In this document: positions 49,561 to 63,228 of the stretch, piece after piece | Layout of the letters: each line of letters opens with the position of its first letter | How positions within the stretch are numbered: the first letter of the stretch is position 1 | DNA from: Mobula hypostoma | Taxonomy: Eukaryota | Assembly: GCF_963921235.1 (NCBI RefSeq) | Contig: NC_086097.1 | Coordinates: 134,728,001-134,792,000, forward strand | DNA length: 64,000 nt | Reading direction: 5' to 3' | Translations under genes and position numbers: made by a program | Notes under the pieces: generated by a model | The model's input: the letters and a program-made list of their open reading frames with translations, nothing else | Told to the model about the DNA's origin: nothing | The model's database searches: none

Positions 49561-51062
49561 CATCCCTGCTGACCTGTCCTGTTGCAGTGTAGCTCTTGAA
49601 GCTGATTTTGTTACCTGCTGATATTTTCACCCTGAGACTGTGCTCTACCAATTGGTAGCCTCATCACATTTTCCTGCATTGCTTGTTGGAATGCACTGTT
49701 GATCAGAATTGTTCCTCCTGCTTGGATCAGCTCAGCTTCCACTCCAAATACTTTGCCCCAGTAAATGGGAAAAGGTACAACATAAGCAAGTCAAACTCTT
49801 CTGGTCGTCATCCTGAAATGCACTTCCTTCCCTCACTATTGCAGATGAATGCAATAGAAAGACCTGGTCCTTCTAAACACGCTAAATACTCACTCCCTGT
49901 TGATGAACCACCTATGGATCCTTAAACTCATGCGACAGGCCAAGGAGGGTTTAGTAATCATCGTGCGTGTGTTCAGACCCCTTCTCTGTGGCGTCAGGTG
50001 AACTTTCTTTGCCATGATTTTGCAGCTTCTACCGGGAAGTGGAGAAATATCAATAGTTGGCGTGCATCTGGAATAGGGTCAGGGACACGGGCAGGATTGC
50101 GGCTGGTGCTATGGTCCAGAGCATTAGGTAGCTGTCAAATCCAGGATTATTGTCATATGCACAAGAACATGCACAAGTTGTTCTCTGAATGGAAGTGTCG
50201 GCCACTATATGTCAAAGTCAAGGTCGAGTTTATAGCATCAGATAAGCAGCATTCACAAGAAAAACATAATGTCGGCAGAAATGAAGCAACCTTATGAGAA
50301 AGAGCCAAACCAGAATGAAATTAAAGTCACCAAAGTGGTGTGTGTTGCTAAACTCCAGTGATTAGGATTGAACCAGTTGCCTCAAGAACAGGAGGAAAGT
50401 AACTGTTCTTGACCTAGTGATGTGAGACTTCAGGCTTCTGCACCTCCAAGCTCAATGTCATTGCCAGCAGGCAGAAAGGTATCCTTCTTTGTTTTCTGCT
50501 CGTAGTCTGAGTTCCTATCTCTCATGAATAGGGAATTAGCGTATGTTTCAGTGAGACACCTGCTAGTTATAGAAATATATTGATTGCACACCACAGAGAT
50601 TCCACTGATGGTGTCAGCCGTGGTTCCATACACGTCAGAATGCTCTTGGTTTAAGCCCCGCTCCGGAGTTTTGAGCATGGAATCGTAGGCTGCAGCTGCA
50701 AAGCAGAGTGAAACACGATGGGAAATGCTGACTTTCGGGCAAGTTTTTGCACAGTCTGCCTTTCCTGTAGATATGCGTTATCGTGGACAGGGGCAGCGCC
50801 TCTGAATGTTTATCTGTCATGTCCAGAATGCAGTTAATACACACTTAGAATATTGCATCTCCAACTACACAACATTCACTCAGCAGCTCTGCACTGGGAG
50901 TGCCAGCCCCATTAATGTGTTCAGCAATTTTGATTCAGCGGCTCTGCAAGTGCTCATAACAATGTTGCTTAAGAGATAAACTTTAGCTCCAAAACAATAG
51001 AAGGACTTGTATAACATGAACTACTGAAAGAAGTAATTGAGGCAGGTACATTAACAAACAGA

Positions 51063-51352
51063 AACACAAGAAAGTCTGCAGATTTGGAAAATCCAAAGCA
51101 ACACACACACAAAATGCTGGAGGAACTCAGCAGGTCAGGCAGCATCTGTGGAAAAGAGTAAACAGTCGATGTTTTGGGCTGAGACCCTTCATCAGGACCT
51201 GCTAGTTCACCTCTCATGGATCCTGATGAAGGATATCGGCTGGAAACATCGACTGTGCTCTTTTCCATAGATGCTGCCAGGCCTACTGAGTTCTTCCAGC
51301 ATTTTGCGTGCGTTGTTTGGATTTCCAGCCTTTGCAGATTTTCTCCTGCTTG
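51063..51352. mobile_element. Fold-back (head-to-head) Penelope pLTR pair
   Basis: Minus arm 51063-51198 and plus arm 51219-51352, each ending at the hammerhead. Confidence 0.85.
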
Positions 51353-52094
51353 TGATTGGTTTCATGCATTTGTGTTTCCAGATGTCATTGCATTAGATGC
51401 TGCAAAAAGGAGCATGAAGTTCAGGGTAAGGGTAACATATTGGCAAGGATAAGGGTGTAGATCACTAACTGAAAACAGACTTAGGATACAGCTCATACTT
51501 GGATTGGCAATCAAGGTCAGTGTTGGGATTGTCTATCTTGATGTCTTGGATGAAGGGACGGACTAAACTACAGCCAGTTTTCATGATACTAAAAAGTGAA
51601 TTTGCAAGCTGTGAAGAGCCTATAAAGGGATATAGATAGGTTAAGTGAGTGGGAAAGAGATTGACAGTTGGAGTATAGTATGAGAAAATATGAGGTTGTG
51701 TATGGAAGAAAGAATGAAATAAAAGTAACTATTTAAATGTATGAAACAACAAAATGTTGCAGTAGGAAGAGATATGGAAGCCCTGATCTATTAAAAACAA
51801 AAGAGTTAGCACTAGGCAGAGCAAATAATCAGGAATTGCAAGGGGCATAAATGTAGGGAAATTTAGACATAGGCAACTTTACAGATTGCACTAAGACTTG
51901 GGGTGTTGCATAGAGTTTGGTCTCCATATTTAAGGAAGGATGTGCTTGCATTGAAGGCAGAAAGTTCACTGGGTTAGTTCCTGAAATGAGAAAGTTAACG
52001 TAAGAAGAGAAGTTGAAGAGGCTGAAGAGGGTGAATGCTTGGGAGGAAGCTGGGTCAAGCACTTAACTATGACTAATTTTGAAGCGGCATGTTA

Positions 52095-52455
52095 AATGGC
52101 ATGAACATCAATTTCTCGAACTTCCAGTAATGCCTCCCCTCTCTTTCACCAGTCCCCATTCCTGTTTCCCTTTCTCACCATATGTCCTTACCTGCCCATC
52201 ACCTCCCTCTGGTGCTCCTCCCCTTGCCTTTCTTTCATGGTCTTCTACCCTCTCCCATCAGATTCCCCCCTTCTTCAGCTCTTCATCTCTTTCACCTAAC
52301 AACTTTCCAGCTCTTTACTTCATCCCCTCCTCCACCTTTTTACTCTGACTTCTCCCCTTCCCTTCCAGTCCTGATGAAGAGCCTTAGCCCAAATCATTGA
52401 CTGTTTACTTTTTTCCATAGATGCTGCCTGGTCTGCTGAGTTACTCCAGCATCTT
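52095..52455 (+). mobile_element. Penelope pLTR fragment (another, minus-strand, at 52748-52872)
   Basis: Matches the pLTR; decayed hammerhead at 52367-52402. Confidence 0.8.
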
Positions 52456-53559
52456 CTCATGTTCAGAATATGAGGCGCTGGTCACCTAGTTTGTGTTTAG
52501 CCTCACGCTGGTAGTAGAAGAAGCTGAGGACAGACAAGTCCTTGGGAATGGAGGGGCAATTTGAAATGGATTGCATCTGGGAGCTTAAGATGACCTCCAC
52601 GGAGAGAACGCAGGCACTAGTCAAAGCAGTTGCCTAGTCTGTGTTCAGTCTTGCCACTGCAGAGGAGATCCAACATCTAACTGTACAGCCGAACCTTGGG
52701 AAATTCAGGACTGAAGACCTTTCATGAAATTACTTACACTTTTGTTACAAACGAGAGAAAATCTGCAGATGCTAGAAATCCAAGCAACACACACAAAATG
52801 CAGGAGGAACTCAGCAGGCCAGGTAGCATCTTTTGAAAAGAGTACAGTCAATGTTTCAGGCCAAGACCCTTCCAGAGCTCTGGAGCAGGTCAGAGGTGGA
52901 ACAGAGGGAGACCGCCAAAGATATTTGAAAACAAGGTTATGAATTTAAAATTGAGCTATTCCTGAAAATATGGGCTCATGCAAGTGTGACCTTCCCATAA
53001 AGCTGCTCAAAAAGATCACTGGATAAAAATAAGATAGAACTTAGTATAGTGCAGCACAGGAACAGACCCTTCAGATCACGATGCTGTGTTGAACTATGAA
53101 ACTGGTAAATAAATGCCAAACTAAACTAATTCCTTCTGCTCTCACATGATCCTTATTCCTCCATTCTCTGCATACTCGTGTGCCTATCCAAGAACACTGC
53201 TATCATATCGGCCTCCACTACCACCCCCGGCAGCACATTCCAAGTACCCACCACACACTGAGAAAAAAACAATTCGCCCCACACACCTCCTTTGAACTTA
53301 ACTCTTCCACCTTAAATACAGACCCTTTAATATTGGACATTGTGACCCTGGGAGAAATATACCAGCTGTCTACTCAATCTATGCTTCTCATCATCTTATA
53401 AACCTCGACCAGGGCTCCCCCTCAACCTCCACCACTCCAGAGAAAACAACCTGGTCTGTCCATCCTCTCCTTACAGCACAGGCAGCGTCCTGGCAAACCT
53501 CTTCTGCACCCTCTCCAAAGCCTCCTCATTTGTCCTATAGTGAGGTGACTGGAATTTCT

Positions 53560-54965
53560 ACAGGTGAACCATGGAGAACATTCTAACTGACTGCATCACT
53601 GGGTGTCCCCTGCACAGGGTCGTAAGAAGCTGCAGACAGTTGTAAACTCAGTCAGCTCCATCATGGGCACTGGCCTCCCCAGCAACCAGACCATCTTCAA
53701 GGAGCGATGCCTCAAAAAGGCGGCATCCATCATTAAGAACCCCCATCACCCAGGACGTGCCCTCTTCTCATTGCAACCATTAGGGAAGGAGGTACAGGAG
53801 CCTGAAGGCACACACTCAACAACTCAAGAATAGCTACTTCTCTTCTGCCATCAGATTTCTGAATGGACATTGAGCCTATAAACACTGTTACGTACCCCGT
53901 AACTGGGTTGCCAAACCAGCAGAGATGGATCACTCAGTTGGAGGCTGGATTACTGGAACTAAGAAAGTTTTATTAAAGAAATAAGCAACACAGTACTCCA
54001 ATCAAAAGGATAATAAATGCAACAGTTCAGCAATGATAATCACACATGTACACAGAATTAAGATAACAGGATCAATCAAGCTCTATCGTCGTCTAGGGGT
54101 AAATGACCAGTTTCAAAGTGACGCAAAGTTCAGTTCAATGGAGTTCAGTTCAGTTCACAGTAATCGCTGCCGTGGCGATGGACAGTGGGGGGGAAGGAGA
54201 GAGAGAGCAAAAGCGAATGAATATTCAAACGGCTTCCACACAGACCTTCGATATTCTTCGCAGTCAGCTTTTGGGCGAGCCCTTTGTGATGTCATCTGAG
54301 GTCACCGACCGTGACCCCCTCCGTTTCCAGATACGATCGTTTCTCTGCGGTGAACCTGGCACCCAGGCAAGGGTGGACACACACCAGGTTCCCGCCGATC
54401 GTACCTTTCCACCCTGTGCGTCCATGGCTTGGTCCCGCGACCAGCCCTCCAAAACTCTCACCGACTTGTGGGAGGCGCACCGCTTCCAGGGTCTCATTAC
54501 CTCGTGGTGTTGTGTGTCTTGCCTTAGCGAACCTGTCCCTTTTTATCCCCCTGCTGGGGTATCGCCTGTCCATCACTTCAAACAGTTCAGGGTTCAAAGA
54601 GGAGCCGATCTTGACAGCTCTCAGACCGTGTCTCCTTCCGTTAAACTCTCCCGTCCCTTCATTAACATCTCCAAATGCTGCTCCACTGTTTTCCTTATCT
54701 CTCTTTCTCCTGAAGACAGGTGGCAGACCAACTGCTCATCCCACTGGTGCCAGCACAGGACAGTTAACATCTTAGTCTATGTGTACTTTCGTCACAACAC
54801 TGCCTCATTACTTTTTTTTTGCACTACGTATTAAACTTTTATATATTTACTGTATAATTTTTATAACTATAGACTGTAGTTTTTATTATGTACTGTATTG
54901 TAATGTACTGCTGCCACATAACAAGTTTCATGACATAGGCCGGTGATATTAAACATGATTCTGAT
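53560..54965 (+). mobile_element. Rex1 3' fragment split by a solo LTR
   Basis: KKLQTVVNSVSSIMGTGLP...KKAASIIKNPHHPG; 3' UTR resumes at 54797. Confidence 0.8.
53886..54796 (-). mobile_element. Solo LTR (911 bp), 4-bp TSD
   Basis: tgttacg...cgtcaca ends; TSD acac at 53882-53885 and 54797-54800; AATAAA on the minus strand near 53970; CpG-rich. Confidence 0.88.
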
Positions 54966-55988
54966 TGAATATAGTATTACAGGTGCAGCTAAATCAGTTT
55001 TATAAAGCTGCAACATAACTTCCTGACTTGTACTCAGTGCCTTGACTAATAAAGGTAAACATGCTTTACACCATCGTTAACCCCAGCAATCCTGCAGCTA
55101 CTTTCAGTGAGCTACAGACGTGGACTCCAATATCCACTCTGCATCAACACTTAAGGGTCTTGCATTAACAGTGTACTTCCTTTTTTACATTTGATCTTCC
55201 AAAGTGCAGCACATCAAATTTGACTGGGTTGAACTCCAGCTACCACTTCTCTGCTCGTATCTGCAAATGATAACACTGATGCATTTCCAGGTAAAAACAA
55301 CTCATAGCAATTGGTAGTAGAAGGTCCTACACTCACCTGCACAGTGGTTGAACTAAATTTCTCGGGTCTCTGCTCGAAGCATTTTGAGGATAGCGTGATG
55401 AGAATATGAAAAAGTTTTGAAAAACTTGCATTGTTATAGCAGTGCTGTAACTGTTAAAATGTAGAACATATTTAAAAAATAGCAGCAGTAGAAATCCATT
55501 CCCCCATCAAGCCTGTTCTGCTATTCAATACCATCACCACTGACTCTCTGTCCGATTTCTCTGTACTGATGCCATGTGAATCTGAAAATCTATCTTTCTT
55601 CATCTGAATGATATTCAGTAATTTGGCTTCCATAGCTTTCTGTGGGACAGAATTCCACAGCTTCACTGAACTCTGAGTGAAGAAGTTTCTCCTAATTTAA
55701 GCCCTAATTATTTTATTTTTGTATCCTGAGATTGTGATTCCCTGGGTCTAAGTTCCCAGTCAGGAGCAACATCTTCCCTGAATCCAACGTATTAGATCTG
55801 GGCACATTTCAATGAGATTCCTTCTCAATTTTTTGAACTTTAGTGAGTAGAGGCCTAATCAAAGCAACCTTGAAGAACAGTTGCAATAGACCAGGAATTC
55901 ACCCTCTGAGGCAAGTGTATCCTTCCTGAGCCCAGAGTCCCAAAACTGATCACTTATCCCAGGTATGCTCTCACCGAGGCTCTATAAC

Positions 55989-56462
55989 TGTCAGCACCAC
56001 CAGTTGAACTCTGTCTTGTTGTGTGTTTTCCCCCTAGCTGTCAGTCTGTGGTTTTGTATTGCCATGTGCTCCTGTCCCTGCTCCTGGTCTACTCCAGCCC
56101 CTGTATTACTGAGTACTCCGTCTCTCATCTGTTCCTCATTGTTACCTGTATTGCTGCCACCTGTGTCTCATTGTGCTCCACCTATCATCTGCCTCTCTGT
56201 TTATTGCTCAGTGTATTTCAGTCCTGTGTTTTCACCTGTTTGTTGCCAGATTGTGCCAGTGAATTATCCTGAGCCTGTCCAGCATTCAAATCTGTACTCT
56301 GCCTGTTTCCCGATTCTGGTTTTTGGATTTCTCTGGATGTTTTGATCTCTGCCTAAACTTTGATGCTGACTTGGTTTGCACCTTGGGATTTGTTACTCAA
56401 TTAATATCACTATGTGCACAGTACTAGGTCTGTAATTGGATCCCTGCTCTAGTGCCCTGACA
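55989..56462 (+). mobile_element. Solo LTR (474 bp) inside a minus-strand CR1 fragment (~55480-56780)
   Basis: tgtcag...ctgaca inverted ends; TSD degenerate. Confidence 0.6.
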
Positions 56463-57082
56463 GTATCATTTAAGTAATAAAACCTTGCTCCTGCATTGAA
56501 AGCTACCATCCCAATTGCTTTCTGTACTGCTTTCTTCTTGGGTGTGGAGACACAAGACACTGGAGTTCCTAGAATTTGGAATCTGCCTGACCTGCGGAGT
56601 TCCTCCAATATTTTGTGTATTGGTCCCCTTGCGGGCTTCCTTTCTGTGGCTGGTGGGCAAGGACACCCCGATCCCCATGTACAACAACTCTGCCCTACCA
56701 ATCGCTATTAAAACAATATTGTCTTCCAGGCTTTCAGACCAAAGTGGATAACTTCACTCTTATCCACAATGTACTATGCCCAGTTGTCTAAGTCATCATA
56801 TAGTCACTATGCACAGAAATCTCCCCACAAACAAATACCCAGAATACCTGCCTTGAGATGCTGCCTGGCCTGCTGCTTTCACCAGCAACTTTGATGTGTG
56901 TTGCCTCTATCTTACAGTCTTGTGTGAGTACAAAGGTGAAGGCTGAGCTATCCAGTGCAGTGCTGAGGGAGTATTGGAGGTGACATTTTATGGAGGAGAC
57001 AGGAGATTGAGGCCCAGTATCCTCCCTTAGGCAGACAAACCTTTCATAATATTGTAGAGAGTGGCAGAGCTCTTTTCCTGGG

Positions 57083-57388
57083 CTAAATGCTGAATGAAAG
57101 AAACAAGGGCCACCTGCATGACAAGCAACACACATCAAAGTTGCTGGTGACCGCAGCAGGCCAGGCAGCATCTCTAGGAAGAAGTACAGTTGACGTTTCG
57201 GGCTGAGACCCTTCGTCAGGACTAACTGAAGGAAGAGGTAGTAAGAGATTTGAAAGTGGGAGTGGGAGATCCAAAATGATAGGAGAAGACAGGAGGGGGA
57301 GGGATGGAGCCAAGAGCTGGACAAGTGATCGGTAAAAGGGATATGAGAGGATCATGGGACAGGAGGCCCAGGGAGAAGGAAAAGGGGG
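57083..57388 (-). mobile_element. Penelope pLTR plus 39 nt of flank, copied from 42489-42802
   Basis: Reverse-complement match that continues across the element/flank junction. Confidence 0.9.
57188..57223 (-). ncRNA. Minimal hammerhead ribozyme (core intact, one stem I mismatch)
   Basis: AGUC CUGACGA AGGGUCUCAGCCC GAAACGUC AACU. Confidence 0.7.
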
Positions 57389-58619
57389 AAGGATCCTCTC
57401 TTAGTTTTACCACATCACCATATCTTAGTTTTATAGCGGAGTCTAGTGGCACCAATTCTATCCTTGAAGTCTTCTGGATCAAACTCAATTGTTTTGTACA
57501 AGAGAAGTTCATCATGAGCTAAAGGCACGTCTTTAATCGGTATCAGAAATGAGGACATGACCAGCTGAATTCACAAGGCTGTCTGAAATTTAATGAACAG
57601 GTTAGGGCAGCACTTGAAAATCAGTCTGAGCTGTAAGCATGAAGAAGGTGTGAGAGTGTTGGTTGTCCATTGTATTCCCTTGCAGAATTTGATTCCGTTG
57701 ACTCTGCTGTACATTAGATATTTTAATCTCCCCTTCTCCCGCACCCCAACCCTTCCCATACAACAATAAAGAGACAGACAGACACACACACAAAAAGCTG
57801 ACCTTCATTAGCTAATGCATAAGATACAAGAGCACAGTGCTTTTGATACAAAACATTGGCTGGATTGAACCTTGAGCAGTCTGTGCAGGTCACCAATCTT
57901 TAGGATGAGACTGCACAAGGAGGATTCACCTCCAGGTTCCCTGGGATGGATTGTTGAGGAGAGAGTGGAAGGGTTGGGTTTGTTTTCCTTGGAGTGCAGT
58001 GCAGGAGACTGAGGAGTGATCTGATTTACTGCCGTTATGAGAGGCATAGACATAGTGAATGGCAAGAGACTTTTCCCCATAATTGAGGCATCTTTGGTTT
58101 AAAGGTGTAATTGGATTAGAGAGGATCTGAAGATTTCATTTTTCACCCAAAGATGGCTGCAACCAGGAACACAATGCCTGAGAAGGTATTGAAGGGTGGT
58201 ACTCACCTGATATTTAAAAACTATCTGGTCAAGCACTTGAATCAGCAAGGCATTGAGGATTGTCATTTCTTCACAGCTATATGTGAACCTCTCCCTCTCC
58301 CACTAACACACTTTAAATTACAACTTAATGTGTAAGTGAAGTCCTACTGAGAAGGGCAATGAAGTCTGTCATTTCCTCAGAGACTGTTCCCTTTTAGCTA
58401 CTGGAGTGCAAATCTTGTTTCGTGCATTGTACCCATGTTACAAAAAGAATTCACAGGTTACATTTATCTGCAGAAGGAACTTTACTGGCAGCGTTGGCAC
58501 ATTAGATTACAACAATATTGGGAGGCAAAGGTCGAGGGAACTCTCAGAACAGCAGAAGGAGCAAGTGTTTCCAGGGGAACCAGTGGAATGAGGAAGGACT
58601 AGACATTGAGGACAATAGG

Positions 58620-59160
58620 GGGATGATTATTGGTAATTGGTTCATGTTTGTATGAAGTGGAAAGTTTTTTCATCGAGACAGCCTTTCCATATTGAAGTAT
58701 ATCGAGGTAATATAAAGAAAAACAGAATGCAGAATATCGTGTTGCAGCTACAGAGAAATTGTGGTGTAGGTAGTCAAATAAAGTGCAAGAGCCACAACGA
58801 GATAGACTGTGAGGTCCAGAGTTCATCTATAGTGTAAGAGTGGTGTGTTACAAGAGTCCGACAGTAGCGGAATAGAAGCTGTTCTGCAGTTTGGTGGTAC
58901 GTGTTCTCAGGCTTTCGTGTCTTCTGCCTAAAGGGATGGACGAAAAGAGAGAATGGCCAGGATAGGAAGGGCCTTTGTTTATATTGTCTGCTTTCTCAGG
59001 GCAGTGGGAAGTGCAGGCAGAATCCAAGATGTGCTCTCCACTGTCCACAACTCTCCTGCAATAGTTGCTGTACCAAGCTGAGATGCATCAGGATAGGGTG
59101 CTTTATATGGTGTATCGGTAACAATTGTTGTGTTATCAGTGACATGCTGAACTTCGTTAT
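58620..59160 (-). mobile_element. Rex1 3' fragment
   Basis: YPGHSLFSSIPLGRRHESLRTRTTKLQNSFY. Confidence 0.75.
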
Positions 59161-59549
59161 TCTTCACACCGAGGCACCGGAAAAGAGGTATCTTTCCAAC
59201 ACAAAACATATTTAATATTGGGAGGTGCAGCAGTGCCGCCCAATCCCATGCACATTTCTGTACTGGAAATTCAACGTTGTTGTTTCATCACTGCTGGAGC
59301 TTAATTCTGAAACTCTCTCTCCAGATCACTGTGACAACACCTTCAGTCATTGTTCATGGGCATCTTCAGATAGCACCTAGCGTTCACAGCATTTTACATT
59401 GACACTGATTGCATTTAATCATGAAAATGATCAGCTGAGGGGTTGAGATTGTCCATTTAACTCAGTACCTCTACAAGGAAATTGCAGACTCCTCAACTCC
59501 CATATGTCAGGAATGGCTTTGAACTGAGCCACAGAGAATCTGATATCCT

Positions 59550-62500
59550 GGTGCCTTCCACAAATTTGCTGATCCAATTAACCACATTATCAGCCAGATC
59601 ATTGAAGTGGATGACAACAAACCCAGCACTGATCCCTGCAGCACACCACTAGTCACAGGTCTCCAGTCAAAGAGGCATCCGTCCACAACCGCATGCTGGC
59701 TTCTCCCACAAAGCCAATGTCTAATCCTATTTATTACCTCATCTTGAATGTCAAGTGACTGAACCTTCTTGACCAACCTCCTGTGTGGGACATTGTCAAA
59801 TTCCTTGTTAAAGTCCATGCAGACAATATCCACTGCCTTGCCTGCATCAACTTTCCTCGTAACTTCCTCAAAAAAACTCCATAACACAACCTACACACAT
59901 GAAGCTATGCTGACTATCCAGAATCAGTCCATGTCTATCCAAATACTAATAGATCCGGGCCCTTAGAGTACCTTCCAATAACTTTCCCATTATTGATGAC
60001 AGGATCATTGGCCTATAATCTCCTGGCTTATTTTTAGAGCCTTTCTTAAAAAGCAGAACAACATTGGCTATCCTCTGGTACCTCACCTATCACTAAGGAT
60101 GATTTAAATATCTTTGCTTGGGCCTGGCAACTTCTGCACTTGCCTCCCACAGGTAATGAGGGAAGACCTTGTCAGACCATGGGGGATTATCCACCCTAAT
60201 TTGTCTCAAGACAGAAACACCTCCTCCTCTGTAATCTGTATAGGGTCCATGAAGTAAGTCCATGAAGTAAGTTTATCTCACTTCTATAGTCTCTGCATCC
60301 ATCTCTTAAGAAATACAGATGCAAGAAATTAATTTAAGATCTCCCCCATCTCTTTTGGCTCCATGTGTGGATCACCAGTTTGATCTTCCTGAGGACCAGT
60401 TTTGTCCCCCACAATCCTTTCGCTCATAACATACCTGTAGAATCCTTCGGGATTCTCCTTCACCTTGTCCGCAAGGGCAACCTCATGCCCCTATTTTAGC
60501 CTTACTGAATTCTTTCTTACGTGCTCTCTTGTATTTCTTATACTCCAGAAGCACCTCATTTATTCCTATCTGCCTTTACCTGCTCCGCACCTCCTTTTTG
60601 TTTCTTAACCAGGTCCTCAATATCTCTTGAAAACCAAGGCTCCCTAAACCTGTTATCTTTACCTTTTATTCTGACAGGCATATACAAGCTTTCTACTCTC
60701 AAAATTTCACTCTTGAAGGCCTCCCACTTACCAAGTACACCTTTGCCAGAAAACAGCCTGTCAAATTCACACTTGCCAGATCCTATCTCTCTCATTGGGA
60801 CTTCTACATACTGATTAAGGAATCTTTCCTGAATACATTTCACTAACTCTATCCCATCTAGTCCTTTTACAGTATGGGAGTCCCAACTAATATGTGAAAA
60901 ATCATCTACTATAACAGCCTTACGTTTCTTGCAACAGTCTGCGATCTCCACAAATTTGTTCCTCTAAATCCCTAGGGCTGTTGGGTGGCCTGTAATATAG
61001 CACCATTAACTTGGTCTTACCTTCATTATTCCTCAGTTCCACCCATAATGCCACACTGGATGAGTTCTCCAGTCTGTCCTGACTGAGTACTGCCATGAGA
61101 TTTTCCCTGGCTAGTAACGCCACCCCTCCTATTTGTTGATCCATGCCTCGAGCTCATATGTCTTTCCTATGATACTTCTCGCATTGAAAATATATGCAGC
61201 TCAGGACATTAGTCACACTATGCTCAACTTTTTGGTTCCTGACTTTAAGGTCTTTTTTTTTAATTTTATTTTTATTTGGATAATGTATTCACAAGTAATA
61301 CACAAACTTTTTTTTACATATATAAGCTTTTCCATTTTTTGTGTGAGTAAATCTATATTAATTTGTACATTCACAAGTGCACATTGAGATAATATAGAAA
61401 ATAATTAGGCACTTAAATAGATGTTTATGTGCAATTTTAATTCCACTCTATTAAACTAAATAATGATAATAGTTGTTATAAAAATATTAATAATAGTGGT
61501 TGAATACTAATTTCCATGTATCTCTTCCAGTCCATTTCTTTCTGGTCCAAAATTTCCCCAGATCTTTTCTTTACTTGTGTAATTCCACATTTTCCAAAAA
61601 AAAGAGCAGTAAACATTCCAGCCAAGGGTGCTTATGTTAAGACTATTACTATGTTGGTGAGACAAACAGTATAAACCATTAGGAGAGTCATCTAAAGTCT
61701 GCTTGCTCTGGGGTTATAAATTCAATCCATTTATTCCAAATTTGATAACATTTTTCCTTTTGAATTCTCAGAGAGTAGGTCATCTTTTCCATTTTAAATA
61801 TTTCCAAAATGATTTCACGCCAATCTTCTAATGTAGGTGACGTTGGATTTAACCACTTTCTGGTGATTGATTTCTAACTGGCTGCTAAAAGGGCCTGCAG
61901 CAGCTTTATATCTTTCTTCTGTTCAAAAAACAATACATACCCCAAGTACAGAGTCTCAAAGTTCAGAGGTATCTGAGTCTTAAATACCTTAACTAATGTT
62001 CTGTGAATACCTTCCCAATATAAACTTAATTTAGGGAAATCCCAAAAAATATGGAAATGATTTGCCTCCTTGGAGCCACACCTTCTCCAACACGCCACGT
62101 TTGTATCTTTATATTCTTCCTGGTATGGGGTCTTGAAGTATCTTATAATATTTTTCCAACAATGTTCTCTCCAAATCAAAGAGTTAGTCGAAGACCACTG
62201 GAAGCTGCATATTTTCCCCCAAGCCTCCTCTGAAAGTACCAACCCCACTTCTTTCTCCCACTTCTCTTTAATATACAATGTGTTTTCATTTTTGGCATGA
62301 GAGAGGGCATTATGTAATTGAGAAATTGATTTACTTGGTATTGAACTGTAAGCCGAATTCAGAATCTTGAAAAATTCTAATTCTACTGTTGGTAAGTACA
62401 ACTCTGTTGATATCTACAACTCTGGTTAACATGATGTTGTACTTGAAGGCACCTAAAAAAAGTCATTGTATTTGGCCATGTTTGTCCTGCAAGGACTGAA

Positions 62501-63228
62501 AACTTTGTAATACACTTTTATGTGTGAATGAGAGGTAAGTTGTAAGACCTTTCTTTATCCACATTTCAAATCTTTTATCTCTTCTGCTGGGAAGAAATTC
62601 GGTAATTTTTAATGTGAGATTTATCCAGCTGTTTTTAAACTTTTCCAATTGGGCCATCAATCCTTTGTCAGCTATTGAGGCCTGTAGAGGAAAACTGTCA
62701 ATCAATCCAAATTCTATTTCCTTCCATCTAGCCTTATATTCCCTATTACACCAATATAACAGAGGGGTTATCTGTGAAGCATAAAAATAATTTCTCAAAC
62801 AAGGAAGTGCCAAACCTCCTCCTTCCTTTCCTAACTGTAAGGTGTTAAATCGGATCCTAGGTTTATTTCCTTGCGGGAAATCCATTTGTCCCATTCCCTG
62901 AATTGATTATCATCCACCTCCACAGTTAAAGTCCGGAAAAGGTAAAGTAACCAAGGGAGAATATTCATTTTTATGGTATTTATCCTTGAATTTAAACTTT
63001 AAAAGGGGATAAGATTCTACCTATGTATATCTGCTTTTATCTCGGAAACTAATGGCCCATAATTTACCTGTGACAATATTGAAAGATCTTTTGGTAGGGT
63101 TATTCCTAAATATTTTAGTAATTTAGCTTCCCACTTAGACTTTGAAGTCTTAAGAACATCTGTCTCTATAGTCTCTTCGCGATCTGCTCTGGCACTCTGG
63201 TTCCCATCCCCCTGCAACTCTAGTTTAA
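59550..63228 (-). mobile_element. Decayed CR1 LINE (endonuclease + RT) interrupted by an L1
   Basis: GGVALL...WVELRN...YYRPPNS; VDIVCMDFNKEFDNVPH...VTSGVLQGSVLG; resumes after 63151. Confidence 0.88.
61255..63137 (-). mobile_element. 5'-truncated L1-clade LINE (ORF2 C-terminus, zf-RVT, poly-A)
   Basis: KYLGITLP, GGLALPCLRNYFYA, CWRRCG...HFHIFW; poly-A at 61255; TSD gacttt(aag/gaa)gtctt at 61241-61254 and 63138-63151. Confidence 0.92.

Noticed and set aside
54103..54834. 243-aa ORF
   Set aside because: Lies within a GC-rich solo LTR; no recognisable domain
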